The position numbers and the translations under genes are program-made. Under the pieces are notes generated by a model, which searched no databases, had not been told where the DNA came from, and worked only from the letters and a program-made list of their open reading frames with translations. 64,000 bases of DNA from Dehalococcoidia bacterium (GTDB lineage: Bacteria > Chloroflexota > Dehalococcoidia > UBA2979): contig CAVODE010000001.1 of assembly GCA_963694535.1 (NCBI GenBank), positions 26,134 through 90,133 of the forward strand, read 5' to 3'. Positions 1-10,963 of the stretch are shown piece by piece (position 1 is the first letter of the stretch; each line of letters opens with the position of its first letter).

Positions 1-490
1 TTTGTATTACGCCAATTGATATGCCTAAAAGATCAAGGGCGGGTGCGTACCATTGTGAATCGCGCCTAGCGAGATAATCATTAACAGTGACTGAATGAAC
101 GCCTTTGGCAATCAGGCTGTTTATGTATAGCGCTAGGGTAGCGACCAAAGTTTTTCCTTCGCCAGTTCGCATCTCTGCTACTTGTCCACGATGCAACGCC
201 AGCGCACCTTTGATTTGGACGCCGTATGCTGTTTCTCCCGTAGTTCTTGTGATTGATTCTCTAATTAGACCTAGTGCCTCAACAATGGATAAATCCAACT
301 CCTTGGGTGGATCGTCAGATCGAAGAAGTTTGTTTTTTAGGACTTTAGACTTTTCTTGTAATTCTTGATCGGTTAAGTTGCCGAGGCTTTTGCCATAGGT
401 TTCGACTTCATCCACCACTTGATTCATTTCAAGTAGAACTTTTTCATTTGAGTCGCCAGTGAATAGATTTTTTAAAAATTTTAGAGCCAT
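1..490 (-). CDS. secA: Preprotein translocase SecA, N-terminal ~163 codons (partial; continues past the window start)
   Basis: I translated the minus strand by hand: MALKFLKNLFTGDSNEKVLLEMNQ...LHRGQVAEMRTGEGKTLVATLALYINSLIAKGVHSVTVNDYLARRDSQWYAPALDLLGISIGVIQ. This matches the SecA N-terminus and DEAD-motor Walker A region. The frame is open to position 1. Alternative upstream ATG at 545..547. The six-frame track misses it because it is truncated. Confidence 0.8.
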   Translation of the reverse strand, partial: MALKFLKNLFTGDSNEKVLLEMNQVVDEVETYGKSLGNLTDQELQEKSKVLKNKLLRSDDPPKELDLSIVEALGLIRESITRTTGETAYGVQIKGALALHRGQVAEMRTGEGKTLVATLALYINSLIAKGVHSVTVNDYLARRDSQWYAPALDLLGISIGVIQ

Positions 491-552
491 ACGTACAGCA
501 TACAGAATGAACTCAGAATGATCGCGTTCACGCTGGTCGCAACTCATTCACG

Positions 553-1518
553 CTATTTTTTGAAAAGAGCCCCTACTGATCCACCGCTGTGAATTCTATT
601 GATCGCATCACCTAGTAATGGAGCTATTGATATAGTTTTTTGAGGGATGGCGGTGAACTCACCTCGTACGAGCGGTAAGGTGTCTGTAAATATAATTTCA
701 TCGATTCCAGCAGCGGTATTATCAAGTATCTCATACGCTTTCGCAGCAAAGACTGGATGCACGCAAGCGACACGAACTGACCTAGCGCCATTTTCTCGAG
801 CTGTAGCAACTGCTGCCGCAATAGTTCCACCAGTTAAAATTTCATCATCTAGGACCAAACAGTCTCTCCCGTCAACAGATCCAACTAAGTTCATAGCCTC
901 GGCAACCTCACTGTTGCCTGTTCTTTGTTTATCAACAATTGCAAAATCACCGCCGATACGAGCGGATAGATCTCGTGCTAGTTTTGCCCGTCCAGAGTCC
1001 GGAGCTACCACAACCGGTGCTAACTGGCTGATAGAGCCAAAATAGTCAGCAAGTAGTGGAAATGCTGTGAGTTCGTCAACTGGGACATTGAAAAAACCTT
1101 GAATTTGGCCAGCATGCATATCCATAGATAAGAGTCGATCTGCACCTGCGGTCTCTATGAAGTTGGCAACGAGCCTAGCGGTGATAGGTATGCGGGGTTG
1201 ATCTTTTTTATCGCTTCGTCCGTAGGCGTAGTAGGGAACCACCGCAGTTATTCTTCCGGCAGATGCTCTACGTGCAGCATCAATCATTATGAATAATTCC
1301 ATGAGACTTGTGTTTACGGGAGATACTATGGGTTGAACTATAAAGACGTCTCGCTCACGAATGTTATCTAAATATCGAACAAAAACTTCTTCATTGGAGA
1401 ATTGGAAAACTTCACAGTCACCTAGCTTAATACCCATGTGTGCGCAAATATCATCAGCAAGTTGGGGATGTCCGTTGCCAGAAAATATCGCTATTTCATT
1501 GAAAGTCGTGGCCATCAA
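553..1518 (-). CDS. prs: Ribose-phosphate pyrophosphokinase (PRPP synthetase)
   Basis: 321-aa ORF with typical Prs architecture and PRPP-binding loop (VLDDEILTGGT), about the right length. Confidence 0.9.
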   Translation of the reverse strand: MMATTFNEIAIFSGNGHPQLADDICAHMGIKLGDCEVFQFSNEEVFVRYLDNIRERDVFIVQPIVSPVNTSLMELFIMIDAARRASAGRITAVVPYYAYGRSDKKDQPRIPITARLVANFIETAGADRLLSMDMHAGQIQGFFNVPVDELTAFPLLADYFGSISQLAPVVVAPDSGRAKLARDLSARIGGDFAIVDKQRTGNSEVAEAMNLVGSVDGRDCLVLDDEILTGGTIAAAVATARENGARSVRVACVHPVFAAKAYEILDNTAAGIDEIIFTDTLPLVRGEFTAIPQKTISIAPLLGDAINRIHSGGSVGALFKK

Positions 1519-1602
1519 ATCCCCCTGCGAAGTATTGCTCTGCTTGGATGTTAACGCGACTTGTGTTTACTGTGTAAACGGTTATAAAAATAATAAAATC
1601 AA

Positions 1603-2715
1603 TCAGCGTAACTTCCAGAAGTACAGGAGAATCGCGCCAAGTGGTAGTAGCGTGAGTGATAGGAACACATTACTCATGCCTAGACTGATTACCAATAATC
1701 CAAAACCTGTCTGACCTAGGATGGCACCAAAGTCCCACGCCAAGGTATAGGTCGCAAGCGAAGAGGATAAATCTCTTTCAGTAGATCGGTCGACAATCAA
1801 CGCTGAGATGGTTGTTTGAACTCCTGCATTTGCGAGTCCGATTACTAATCCAGCAACTAGCAACATTGGCACCGTGTCGGCAATCGACAATATAATCAGC
1901 CCCAGGCTCATAAGAAGCAGCATTGGAATTATGATGGCTCCCCGTCCAAATCTATCGGACAGTCCCCCACTTAAGGATCTCGAAAAAAGTTGACCGATTG
2001 CAGCAGCCTGCCAAAATATGGTGTACCCAGCAATATCTCTTGCAGCCGCAAATTTAGGGAGGAGTCCGGTTATTGCCATGTAGCCGGTTGCTGTGGAAAG
2101 AAATATCATCATCGGCAATATCGCCCATTTAGATATGCCATTAATAGGATTTACAAGAGTCCATGCACTTGGGAACGGCCTTTTTACGATTGATTTGGGA
2201 TCTCCAATGGCCGCGGCACTAATCAACGCGATACCCGTACTGATTGCTCCCAGCAAGAACGCAAGTTCCAGTGAAAAGGACTCTGCTATATTTTTCATTA
2301 GCAGCGGTCCGTAGAAGAGGGACAGTGTGTTGGCAGTTTGGAATATTCCTAAACCCAATCCTCTTCGATGAACTGGCAAACCTTCAGCAACTAATGCAAG
2401 CAAGCCCGTGGCAAAGAAACCCATCGCTGTGCCATGTAGAATGCGAAAAGGTATAAAACCCCATGGACCGAGATTGAGGCTATAACCAAGAAAAGCTATT
2501 ACGGTGGCAACTCCACCGATTCGAAGCCAGAGTTGGTGTCTTCCTAAATCGAGCAATCCTCCAGTAATTGGTCTGGCAATAACCCCAGCAAACCCAAAAA
2601 TACCTAATACAAAGCCGGCTAGTCCAACTGGTACACCTTCAAGTGCCTCAGGGACAAGGACATTTGTGCTTGAGTGATAGCCGACAAAGAAAAAGTGTGT
2701 GGAAATAGTGGCCAA
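1603..2715 (-). CDS. MFS transporter
   Basis: 370 aa, about 12 predicted TM helices, G/A-rich loops typical of the major facilitator superfamily. Confidence 0.7.
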   Translation of the reverse strand: MATISTHFFFVGYHSSTNVLVPEALEGVPVGLAGFVLGIFGFAGVIARPITGGLLDLGRHQLWLRIGGVATVIAFLGYSLNLGPWGFIPFRILHGTAMGFFATGLLALVAEGLPVHRRGLGLGIFQTANTLSLFYGPLLMKNIAESFSLELAFLLGAISTGIALISAAAIGDPKSIVKRPFPSAWTLVNPINGISKWAILPMMIFLSTATGYMAITGLLPKFAAARDIAGYTIFWQAAAIGQLFSRSLSGGLSDRFGRGAIIIPMLLLMSLGLIILSIADTVPMLLVAGLVIGLANAGVQTTISALIVDRSTERDLSSSLATYTLAWDFGAILGQTGFGLLVISLGMSNVFLSLTLLPLGAILLYFWKLR

Positions 2716-2849
2716 AATAAATGCCGGAGTGATGAGAGGAGTATTTTTTTTACCAGTGAGTGTTGGGTTAATACGCGGAGAAATGTTATCGCCCGTCTAT
2801 CATGGCATTTACGGTCCAAAATTAATTAAAAGCTAGATCTAAGTCAGGC

Positions 2850-3194
2850 TTAGCCTGCAGACTCTGCAGCTGAGTCTTTATCCGATGCTTCAGCCGTTGG
2901 CTCGGACGCATATGCCAAGAGTCGGCCGTCTCTCTCAACGAACATTGCTAGGCGGTTCTCAGTCTCGGTTTGCTGAACCCATTGTGGGAGGATTGCTCCA
3001 TGTCCATTAACTAAGTACGTATGGCCTTGATATGAAAACTCATTTTCAGAAACAGAAAGACTGTACGGTGGAGGAGCATCCATCTGATTCCAATTAAGCG
3101 CAAATACATCTATCCCCCCGGTTGAGATCAAAAAAAGTTCCGAGAAATCGACTGTTAATTGAGTACTGTCGGTAGTTGAGGGTTCTGTAGTCAT
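2850..3194 (-). CDS. Hypothetical protein (114 aa), co-oriented upstream of the VKOR/DsbA pair
   Basis: Clean ORF with no recognisable motif. Confidence 0.4.
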   Translation of the reverse strand: MTTEPSTTDSTQLTVDFSELFLISTGGIDVFALNWNQMDAPPPYSLSVSENEFSYQGHTYLVNGHGAILPQWVQQTETENRLAMFVERDGRLLAYASEPTAEASDKDSAAESAG

Positions 3195-3230
3195 GGCATC
3201 TCTCCAACCGAAGTATATATCATCAGCAAT

Positions 3231-3704
3231 TCAAGACGTAGTCTCTTTGACATTTCGTACTTCAATGATTTCAACAATAAAAATCATTGAGATAATCACG
3301 GCTGACGCAACGCACCAAATGCACCAAGCTTCCAGCACGAATGCCTCGATTCCAGTGAGGTAGATTGAATATACAGTGCCTGCAGTCGCAATAAAGAGAG
3401 ACCATATTTTTATATTTCTCACTAGTCGCTCACGTGAGCCAAAAAGTCTTTTGTGGAGGTATCGACCTCTAGCGACGTGTAATCCGAGCAGCGTTAAATA
3501 CATAAATAGCCCGAAGAGCGAGATAGGTATACCGGCAACTTTTGAGTATTCCGAATCTTGAACCTCGTGGCAGCCGCCACTTTCGCCACAAATTAACGCG
3601 CTCTCGTTGAACAAGGCCGTATAGCTCAAATATATAGCCACAACTAAACCGGATATTTTTAAAATCACCGAAACACATGCGATAAAGGAGGACCTTTGTA
3701 ACAA
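3231..3704 (-). CDS. Vitamin K epoxide reductase (VKOR) family membrane protein
   Basis: 157 aa, 4-5 TM helices, loop Cys pair (CGESGGC) and C-terminal TM CxxC (CIWC), characteristic of bacterial VKOR homologs. Confidence 0.7.
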   Translation of the reverse strand: MLQRSSFIACVSVILKISGLVVAIYLSYTALFNESALICGESGGCHEVQDSEYSKVAGIPISLFGLFMYLTLLGLHVARGRYLHKRLFGSRERLVRNIKIWSLFIATAGTVYSIYLTGIEAFVLEAWCIWCVASAVIISMIFIVEIIEVRNVKETTS

Positions 3705-3747
3705 TATTATATTCTCCTGTGCTCAAGCTAAGCGGAGATCAATTAAA

Positions 3748-4455
3748 TTACTTGAGCTGATTTTCTATAATTTGTTGAATATCCACAAAGTTAGCCACTC
3801 CCGAAACGGGGTAGTTTCCCACTAGCGTGTAGGGGGTTCCTCCACTGTATCCATTTTTTAATGCTAATTCAGCACCTATTAGCAGACCATTGTGCTCCTG
3901 CTCTGAGTTTATACAGGTGCTGAATAAATTCCTATCTAGAGGAAGCCCGGTGGCGACTAATTCGTCGGCAAAATCTTCTAGGTTAGAAAGGCTGAAAACA
4001 CCAGAATTGGGCTTACCTTGTCTCAAAAACAGTATATTGTGATACTCCCAGAATAGATTTTGATCTGCCGCGCAAAGTGAACCGGTTGCAGCATTAAATG
4101 ATTCTTTACCAAGGATCGGCGTGTTTACAAAGACGAGTTTAACTCGCCCATCTTGGACATAACTGTCTATTAAAGGCTTAACAATGTTTGCTGAGAACGT
4201 TTTACAGTGCGAACACTGAAAGTCTTCATGTAGCCAGATCGTGAGCGGTGAATCGTTATCACCCAGCTCCGTTCCGTTAGTAGGTATATTCTGATAACTA
4301 CTGGTCAGTTGAAAGGCTTCGTCATTTGTTGTCGAACCCGGGCGACTAGACCATATAAGCCACACTACTATCACAAGTATCAGCGCACCGGCTCCAAATA
4401 CAGGGAGCCCACCCCAGTCGTTGTATAATTTGTTGAGTTTTGACTTCTTTTTCAA
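3748..4455 (-). CDS. DsbA-like thioredoxin-fold thiol:disulfide oxidoreductase, N-terminal membrane anchor
   Basis: 235 aa, N-terminal TM helix, CxxC motif FQCSHCK in a thioredoxin-like context. Adjacent to VKOR, the classical DsbB-substitute pairing. Confidence 0.7.
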   Translation of the reverse strand: MKKKSKLNKLYNDWGGLPVFGAGALILVIVVWLIWSSRPGSTTNDEAFQLTSSYQNIPTNGTELGDNDSPLTIWLHEDFQCSHCKTFSANIVKPLIDSYVQDGRVKLVFVNTPILGKESFNAATGSLCAADQNLFWEYHNILFLRQGKPNSGVFSLSNLEDFADELVATGLPLDRNLFSTCINSEQEHNGLLIGAELALKNGYSGGTPYTLVGNYPVSGVANFVDIQQIIENQLK

Positions 4456-4497
4456 TATCTGACCTCAGTTTGTGGCTCAAATAAATTTCAAAACTGA

Positions 4498-5670
4498 TTA
4501 TCCTCGTGGAAGGCCCAGACCTCTTTGAGCGATAATATTCCGTTGTACCTCACTTGTTCCGGCTGCCACAGTGCTTGATACAGCAGTCATATATTGCTGC
4601 GCAAAAGCACCTCCGAGTTTTGCGTACGGCGATCCTGGACGAAGCTGCGATATGCTTCCAAGAAGATGCATCCCTGTTCCAGCAATCCGCTGTGACAATT
4701 CCGATCCGTATAACTTTGATACGGATGCTTCATGATTTGGAATAATGCCTTGTGATTGAAGAAATGGAATACGATAGGCAACGTTAAAACCGACCTGTAC
4801 TTCTATCCAACGATCGGCTAACTCATACCGTGCGGTGGGATTTTGTTCAACGAGTGACTCTTCGTCACGAGCCGCAGAAACAAGCTTTTCTACACTTCGT
4901 TTTCCGTTAGCGTACGCGCCTACACCGGATCGCTCAAAATCTAGTGCAGTTGCAACTTGATACCAACCACGATTTTCAACACCAACGAGACTGTCTCCAG
5001 GAATTCGCACATCCTCGAAGAATATTTCATTAAATCCGTGCTCTCCAGCTAAGTTTGGAAGAGGTCGTACAGATACTCCAGGCGCGTCCATTGGCATTAC
5101 GAAAGTAGATATACCCCGATGCTTTGGTGCACTGGGGTCAGTTCGTGCGGCTAACCATCCCATGTTTGCGTAATGTCCACCACTCGTCCATATTTTAGAA
5201 CCATTAATGATCCACTCGTCGCCATCTCGTACGGCGCGAGTTTGTAAAGAGGCAAGATCCGATCCAGCGCCAGGCTCAGAGTAAAGTGTGCACCAAATAT
5301 CGTCTCCGTTTGTAATTTTCGGAAGATATTGTTCTTTTTGTTCATCTGTTCCATAAAGTATTAAAGCCGGTCCAACCCATGCGACACCCATACCACCACC
5401 ACCCGGCATTCGAGCGTAGGTAGTCTCTTCGTTGTAGATCATTTGTTGTACATGTGTGGCATCAAGGCCGCCGTTTTCTTTGGACCAAGCCATCGCGAGC
5501 CATTTCTTATCGGCAAGTCCCTTTGTAATGGTCCTGGCTAATGAGCCGTCTTCGGCTCCATCATCCCCAATCGTGTCTCGATCACTCCAGTCATTTGGAA
5601 GATGATTATCCAGAAATGATCGTATTTCAGTTCGAAAACTTTCTTCTTCAGGTGAGAATGAAAAATCCAT
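4498..5670 (-). CDS. Acyl-CoA dehydrogenase family protein
   Basis: 390 aa. N-terminal alpha-domain, middle beta-domain (WCTLYSEPGAGSD, GSKIWTSGG) and C-terminal domain typical of ACADs. Confidence 0.8.
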   Translation of the reverse strand: MDFSFSPEEESFRTEIRSFLDNHLPNDWSDRDTIGDDGAEDGSLARTITKGLADKKWLAMAWSKENGGLDATHVQQMIYNEETTYARMPGGGGMGVAWVGPALILYGTDEQKEQYLPKITNGDDIWCTLYSEPGAGSDLASLQTRAVRDGDEWIINGSKIWTSGGHYANMGWLAARTDPSAPKHRGISTFVMPMDAPGVSVRPLPNLAGEHGFNEIFFEDVRIPGDSLVGVENRGWYQVATALDFERSGVGAYANGKRSVEKLVSAARDEESLVEQNPTARYELADRWIEVQVGFNVAYRIPFLQSQGIIPNHEASVSKLYGSELSQRIAGTGMHLLGSISQLRPGSPYAKLGGAFAQQYMTAVSSTVAAGTSEVQRNIIAQRGLGLPRG

Positions 5671-5772
5671 ATTGCGTACCCCGTAATTTTTAGTTTTTTG
5701 TTACACCCTCAAAGTGTACCAGTCTTTTTTCTTTTCTTTGTTACAAAACTTTCAATAAATCGTCTGTCTTAT

Positions 5773-7467
5773 TTACCGTGTAATCGCCCCAGTATCAGCA
5801 CCTGATACCAGCTTCGCGTACTTAGCAAAGACGCCACGTTGATAATTCGCCGGACGTGGTTGGCGAGAATCTAAGCGTGCTTTGATTTCTTCGGCATCTA
5901 GTTCTAGATTTAGTTCTCGACCGGGGATGTCAAAATAAATTGAGTCTCCCTCATTTACTGCTCCGATTGGGCCGCCAGCTGCCGCTTCTGGAGCTACATG
6001 GCCGGCCATTAAACCCCGTGTAGCTCCGGAGAATCTCCCGTCGGTAAGAAGCGCTACTGAATCGTCTAAGCCAGCTCCTACAAGCGCAGCCGTGACACCT
6101 AACATCTCTCTCATTCCCGGACCGCCAACAGGGCCTTCGTTTCGGATCACCAGTACATCGCCCTGCTTAATTTTATTCTCGAGAACAGCCTGCATTGCAT
6201 CTTCTTCCCGTTCGAATACTCGAGCTGGGCCTCGATGAGTTAGTCGCTCGTGACCTGCTACTTTGATAACCGAGCCTTTTGGAGCTAATGATCCTTTAAG
6301 AATAACCAGACCACCGGTGGGTTTTAGCGCATTTTCCGCGTTGAGGATTACATCCTGTCCCGGGGTTTCTTCCGTAAGATTGGCCTCTTCCTGAATAGTT
6401 TTACCGGAAATCGTCATTTGATTTCCATGAATTTTATTTGCTTCGATTAATTTTTTCGCCAGAAGTCTGGTACCGCCAGCGCGGTCCCAGTCCAACGCTA
6501 CATAGCGTCCTCCAGGCCGCAAATCACCAATTAGTGGAGTGATATCAGAAATCCTATTAAAGTCGTCAATGTCTAGGTCAATACCACATTCCGCAGCAAT
6601 AGCGAGGAGGTGCAATACCACATTGGTTGATCCACCAGTAGCGGTGGCGCAGGCGATACCATTTTCAAAAGCTTCCTTGGTTAGTAGTTCCTGTGGCTTA
6701 AGGCCTCGGCGAAGAATTTCCATGACCAGTTTACCTGCTTCAACTCCGATATCGTCTTTACGAGGATCTGTAGCGCCCGGAGAACCCGAACCCATGGCAG
6801 CAATCCCGAGAAACTCAAGTACAGTGGCCATTGTATTTGCGGTATATTGCGCGCCACACGCGCCAGCCCCTGGACACGCAGCAGCCTCCAGGCCAGCTAA
6901 TTCCTCATCGGTCATAGTACCTGCAGCATGTCTTCCAACTCCCTCAAAAACATCTTGAATTGTCACATCTTCGCCCTGCCATGTGCCAGGTGCGATAGAC
7001 CCGGAGTACAGAACCATTCCCGGTATATTTAGTCGAGCCAAAGCCATGGCTCCACCGGGAATTGTTTTATCACAACCGACTATTATGACAGCGGCGTCAA
7101 AGGAATAACCTATTCCACATAGCTCAATCGAATCAGCAATTAACTCGCGCGAAATGAGTGAGGCTTTCATGCCCTCTGTTCCCATTGTCACGCCATCCGA
7201 GATCGATACGGTATTGACTTCCATTGGCGTCCCACCCGCTGCGCGTATTCCTGCCATTACCTGTTGCGCAAGCGCTCGTTGTGAATAGTTACACGGCATT
7301 GTACCGATCCATTCGTGCGCAACCATAACTAAGGGTCGCTTCAGATCATCCACTGAATATCCTACGGAATGCAGCATTGATCGAGCAGCTGCTCTGTCAG
7401 GACCATCGACTAGAACATGACTCTTATGTCGCATATCAAATTGGCTTGTTGATGATGTGTCGGGCAT
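5773..7467 (-). CDS. ilvD: Dihydroxy-acid dehydratase
   Basis: 564 aa. IlvD/EDD-family signatures ([30 protein letters not shown]; SGGPIG..EGD). Confidence 0.9.
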   Translation of the reverse strand: MPDTSSTSQFDMRHKSHVLVDGPDRAAARSMLHSVGYSVDDLKRPLVMVAHEWIGTMPCNYSQRALAQQVMAGIRAAGGTPMEVNTVSISDGVTMGTEGMKASLISRELIADSIELCGIGYSFDAAVIIVGCDKTIPGGAMALARLNIPGMVLYSGSIAPGTWQGEDVTIQDVFEGVGRHAAGTMTDEELAGLEAAACPGAGACGAQYTANTMATVLEFLGIAAMGSGSPGATDPRKDDIGVEAGKLVMEILRRGLKPQELLTKEAFENGIACATATGGSTNVVLHLLAIAAECGIDLDIDDFNRISDITPLIGDLRPGGRYVALDWDRAGGTRLLAKKLIEANKIHGNQMTISGKTIQEEANLTEETPGQDVILNAENALKPTGGLVILKGSLAPKGSVIKVAGHERLTHRGPARVFEREEDAMQAVLENKIKQGDVLVIRNEGPVGGPGMREMLGVTAALVGAGLDDSVALLTDGRFSGATRGLMAGHVAPEAAAGGPIGAVNEGDSIYFDIPGRELNLELDAEEIKARLDSRQPRPANYQRGVFAKYAKLVSGADTGAITR

Positions 7468-7493
7468 ATTGGGACTCCTTGAAATCTATTCCC

Positions 7494-8537
7494 TTAGGCG
7501 TCAGCCACAGTAGGGATCGTTTTTAGCTCTGCAATAATCTCAGTGACCTGTTCAAATTCCTCTGGTGTTTTTGGGTCTCCCGGAAAAGATACCTGTGAGT
7601 TAATTCCAGCATATTTTTCTTTCATTTTTCCGGCAATTACATCCCACGTCCCGACAACACAAAATTCTTCTATCATTTCATCCGTGACCACACTGACCAT
7701 CTCATCCCATTTCCCACCTACTGATAACCGGTGCAGTTCGGCAGCTTCGTCAGCCCAGCCATGTAGCTTCATGACATTTGAGTAGGATCGTGTAGAGGCA
7801 TAGAAGGATATTCTTTTTCGAGTGATTTCGATTTGTCTTTCTAACTCGTCCTCGGTTTTAGCGGTTACAACAAATCCACCACCTCGAATTTGTACTTTCG
7901 AAATATCTTTTCCGGCACGTCGCGCGCCTTCTTGGACTTCAGGAATCAATACTTCGCGAATGTATCGAAAAGTACTGAATCCATGAATGGCTATACCATC
8001 TGCTACTTCACCCGCGAGTCGCGCATTGAATGGATTTACTGCCGAAACAATAACTGGAATATCGGGATGTTCAATAGGGCCTGGGTTAAAGAACGGGCTT
8101 GTGAGTTTGTATTGATAAAATTCACCTTCATAGTCCGGTTTGGTTCCGTTTTGCCATGAATCCCAAATAGCCCTCATACACTGAATATAGTCTCGTAAGT
8201 GGGGCCCAGGAGGATGCCAAGGCACTGAGAATCGTCTTTCGTTGTGTCCTTTCACTTGTGTACCAAGGCCGAGCATAAATCGCCCTTCTGAATATGCCTG
8301 TAGATCCCAAGCAAGGTTTGCGGAGATGTGTGGAGCTCTTGGAAATGCTATCGCGACTGACGTACCAAATTGTAGTTTTTTAGTATGTTCGGCGACCAAA
8401 ACTAACGGTAAAAATGGATTATGTGATGTCTCACCGACAGAAAGTGAGTCATATCCTAACGACTCAAGTTTTTGAGCTTGCGAAACTATGTCCTCCCCGA
8501 GTATCGATCCTGCACCTCCACCAACTAGCATTGCCAT
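7494..8537 (-). CDS. LLM-class (luciferase-like) flavin/F420-dependent oxidoreductase
   Basis: 347 aa. Luciferase-like TIM-barrel family pattern (LGLGTQVKGHNERRF...). Confidence 0.7.
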   Translation of the reverse strand: MAMLVGGGAGSILGEDIVSQAQKLESLGYDSLSVGETSHNPFLPLVLVAEHTKKLQFGTSVAIAFPRAPHISANLAWDLQAYSEGRFMLGLGTQVKGHNERRFSVPWHPPGPHLRDYIQCMRAIWDSWQNGTKPDYEGEFYQYKLTSPFFNPGPIEHPDIPVIVSAVNPFNARLAGEVADGIAIHGFSTFRYIREVLIPEVQEGARRAGKDISKVQIRGGGFVVTAKTEDELERQIEITRKRISFYASTRSYSNVMKLHGWADEAAELHRLSVGGKWDEMVSVVTDEMIEEFCVVGTWDVIAGKMKEKYAGINSQVSFPGDPKTPEEFEQVTEIIAELKTIPTVADA

Positions 8538-8627
8538 AATTCCATCTCCTTCAACTTAATTTTCTTATGCCCGAGATTAACATCTAATACTTGCTGCGCA
8601 TCCCTTTTATCGCGTTACGAACGATTT

Positions 8628-9716
8628 TCAGGCCAGCAAGTTAGACATTCCCAACTCAATGAAAGTAGCCTCAAACCATTCCACGACTTCAGGGTGGTAT
8701 GGAATGCCCCTTTCTCTTCGATCTATCTCCTGCTCATGTTCTTCAATTCCCGCGTATATCACACGATCATGACCAGGAGCCGTCGGAGTCTCTTGCAGGG
8801 CCACAAGATATTCGTCCATATTTTCTTTAAATTCAGCTAAATCTCCAAATGCCTCAATGTTAAACGCAGTAAAGTGGTGGCCTATACCCTTTCCATTGCC
8901 TTCGCTTCGCTGAAACGCGGATCCGGCCGTAGAAAGGATACCCGCTAGGATATCTATTGATGCTGCCAAACTATAGCCCTTATGTGACCCGATTTCTCGG
9001 GTGCCTCCAAGGGGCAGAATCAAGAAATCATCAGGCAACTCTTTTGACTCCATAATGGGCGTGCCGTCAGCTTCCGCGACCCAACCTGGTAATATCGGTT
9101 CTCCTAGTCGTTGGGCGAGACGTATCTTATTGCCTGCGACACTTGACATTGACGCATCAAAGATAAATGGCGGCTGTTTGTCGGTTGGTACCGCGATTGC
9201 TAGCGGGTTAAGCCCTACGCGAGCTTCAGCGCCGAATGTAGGGACTACGGACAGCCCGCCAACCGTCATCGAGAGACCAATCATATTGTGATCTAGAGCC
9301 AGCTGCGCATGGTAAGCAGCGGCACCAAAGTGTCGACCGTTATTAGCTATAACTGTCCCGACTCCATATACACGAGCTTTTTCAATAGCTAATTCCATTA
9401 GCTCCGGACCAACTGCGACACCTAATCCTTGGTCCGTATCAACCGTTGCCGTGGCAGGAAATTCACGCTCTATTTTCCACTTAGGTTTTGGATTTATATC
9501 TCCGCTCTGAAGGCCAGCTACGTAGACGCGCAGCATGTTGGATACTCCATGTGAGTCGATTCCACGTATGTCAGCGTAAAGCAATGTATCCGTTGATCTA
9601 ATAGCATCTCCCTCATCCATCCCAAGTTCGAGAAAAAGTGCCTCAACGGCCGAGCGCATTTTGTCGAAAGGTACGCGAATTGCTATTTCTTCTGGTACTG
9701 CGAACTGTTTAAGCAT
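8628..9716 (-). CDS. Ldh_2 family malate/L-lactate/sulfolactate dehydrogenase-like oxidoreductase
   Basis: 362 aa with typical Ldh_2 family blocks (DSHGVSNM..., GLNPLAIAVP, HKGYSLA). Confidence 0.7.
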   Translation of the reverse strand: MLKQFAVPEEIAIRVPFDKMRSAVEALFLELGMDEGDAIRSTDTLLYADIRGIDSHGVSNMLRVYVAGLQSGDINPKPKWKIEREFPATATVDTDQGLGVAVGPELMELAIEKARVYGVGTVIANNGRHFGAAAYHAQLALDHNMIGLSMTVGGLSVVPTFGAEARVGLNPLAIAVPTDKQPPFIFDASMSSVAGNKIRLAQRLGEPILPGWVAEADGTPIMESKELPDDFLILPLGGTREIGSHKGYSLAASIDILAGILSTAGSAFQRSEGNGKGIGHHFTAFNIEAFGDLAEFKENMDEYLVALQETPTAPGHDRVIYAGIEEHEQEIDRRERGIPYHPEVVEWFEATFIELGMSNLLA

Positions 9717-9907
9717 TTAAATTTCCCCTAACGTGTGACGCTTTAGTAGTAACTGAACTAAGCCGCATTATGTCAGGTAACGCAGTGATTTGGAAGAGGT
9801 TATATATTATGTTAGGGCCGCATTAGCTTCGTGATGCTTGGCGGTATCACTTCGGAACGAATTAAGTTTTTTTCTGTTGCTTTGTGATTGAGGGTTAGGA
9901 GAAAATA

Positions 9908-10963
9908 GTGCTTAGAATAGCGGTCGGTCTATATAGAGAATCTCAAGATGATTGGGAGAGCGCAGCGGCTTGGGCACAGGAAGTAGAGAAGCTAGGTATC
10001 GATTCGATATGGTCAGCTGAGACTTGGGGAATTGACGGCATAACGCCCCTAGCGAGAATCGCGTCAAGCACCACCTCAATTCGACTGGGCACAGGAATTT
10101 TGCAAATAGGCGCTAGAACTCCTGCTGCGTTAGCAATGACTGCTCTCGGCATGCAATCAATCTCAAACGATCGTTTTTTACTTGGTTTGGGAGTAAGTGG
10201 CGTTGCTATAGTCGAGGGATGGCATGGAGTTCCGTTTGAAAGACCGGTCACTCGGACAAAAGAGACTATCGAGATTATCAAGATGATCGCTGCAGGTGAG
10301 CGATTGGAGTATTCAGGCTCTTTGTACAAATTGCCCTTGCCCGGTGGCGAAGGTCGAGCAATCAAGCCGTCAGCAAAAGCCAGAAACGTACCCATTTGGC
10401 TTGCCTCTCTAGGTCCCCAGAATTTGCGAATCACCGGAGCACTGGCGGATGGCTGGATCGGGACATCATTTATGCCGGAAACAGCGAATGTTTTTTTTGA
10501 TCCCATGAGTGAAGCCGCGGTCAAAGTCGGTCGAAGCTTAGATGATATAGAGAAGATGGTCCCGGTTGCGCTGGAGTTGACAGAGGATGTGGAAGGCGCG
10601 ACCAAAGCCCACGCAGAAGGTTACGCATTCACCTTTGGTGCCATGGGTACCAAAGCTAACAATTTTTACAATAATGCCTGGGCACGACAGGGGTTTGCTG
10701 ACGAAGTTAAGGAAATTCAGCGATTGTGGTTGAGTGGTGAGCGTGAAACAGCAAAAAGTCGTGTACCACTGGAAATAGCTACTCGCAGCAACTTAATTGG
10801 TACGACTGACTTAATTATGGATCGTTTGAGAGTTTATAGGGACGCGGGGCTCGATATTCTTCGGGTAGATGTTCGGACGGATGGAGGCTTCGCAGAGAGA
10901 CTTTCGCACCTTGGTATTTTAATGGATATGGTTAAATCGATTAACAGTGAAGAGTCACTCTAG
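9908..10963 (+). CDS. LLM-class F420/flavin-dependent oxidoreductase (second paralog)
   Basis: 351 aa luciferase-like monooxygenase family pattern. Divergent from the Ldh_2 gene. Confidence 0.7.
   Translation: MLRIAVGLYRESQDDWESAAAWAQEVEKLGIDSIWSAETWGIDGITPLARIASSTTSIRLGTGILQIGARTPAALAMTALGMQSISNDRFLLGLGVSGVAIVEGWHGVPFERPVTRTKETIEIIKMIAAGERLEYSGSLYKLPLPGGEGRAIKPSAKARNVPIWLASLGPQNLRITGALADGWIGTSFMPETANVFFDPMSEAAVKVGRSLDDIEKMVPVALELTEDVEGATKAHAEGYAFTFGAMGTKANNFYNNAWARQGFADEVKEIQRLWLSGERETAKSRVPLEIATRSNLIGTTDLIMDRLRVYRDAGLDILRVDVRTDGGFAERLSHLGILMDMVKSINSEESL

Noticed and set aside
105-368. 87-aa plus-strand ORF at the window start
   Set aside because: It lies antisense inside the clearly recognisable secA coding sequence on the minus strand. 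A shadow ORF.
647-1045. 132-aa plus-strand ORF and other small ORFs overlapping prs
   Set aside because: Antisense to prs. Ala/Ser/Thr-rich composition typical of GC-skewed shadow frames.
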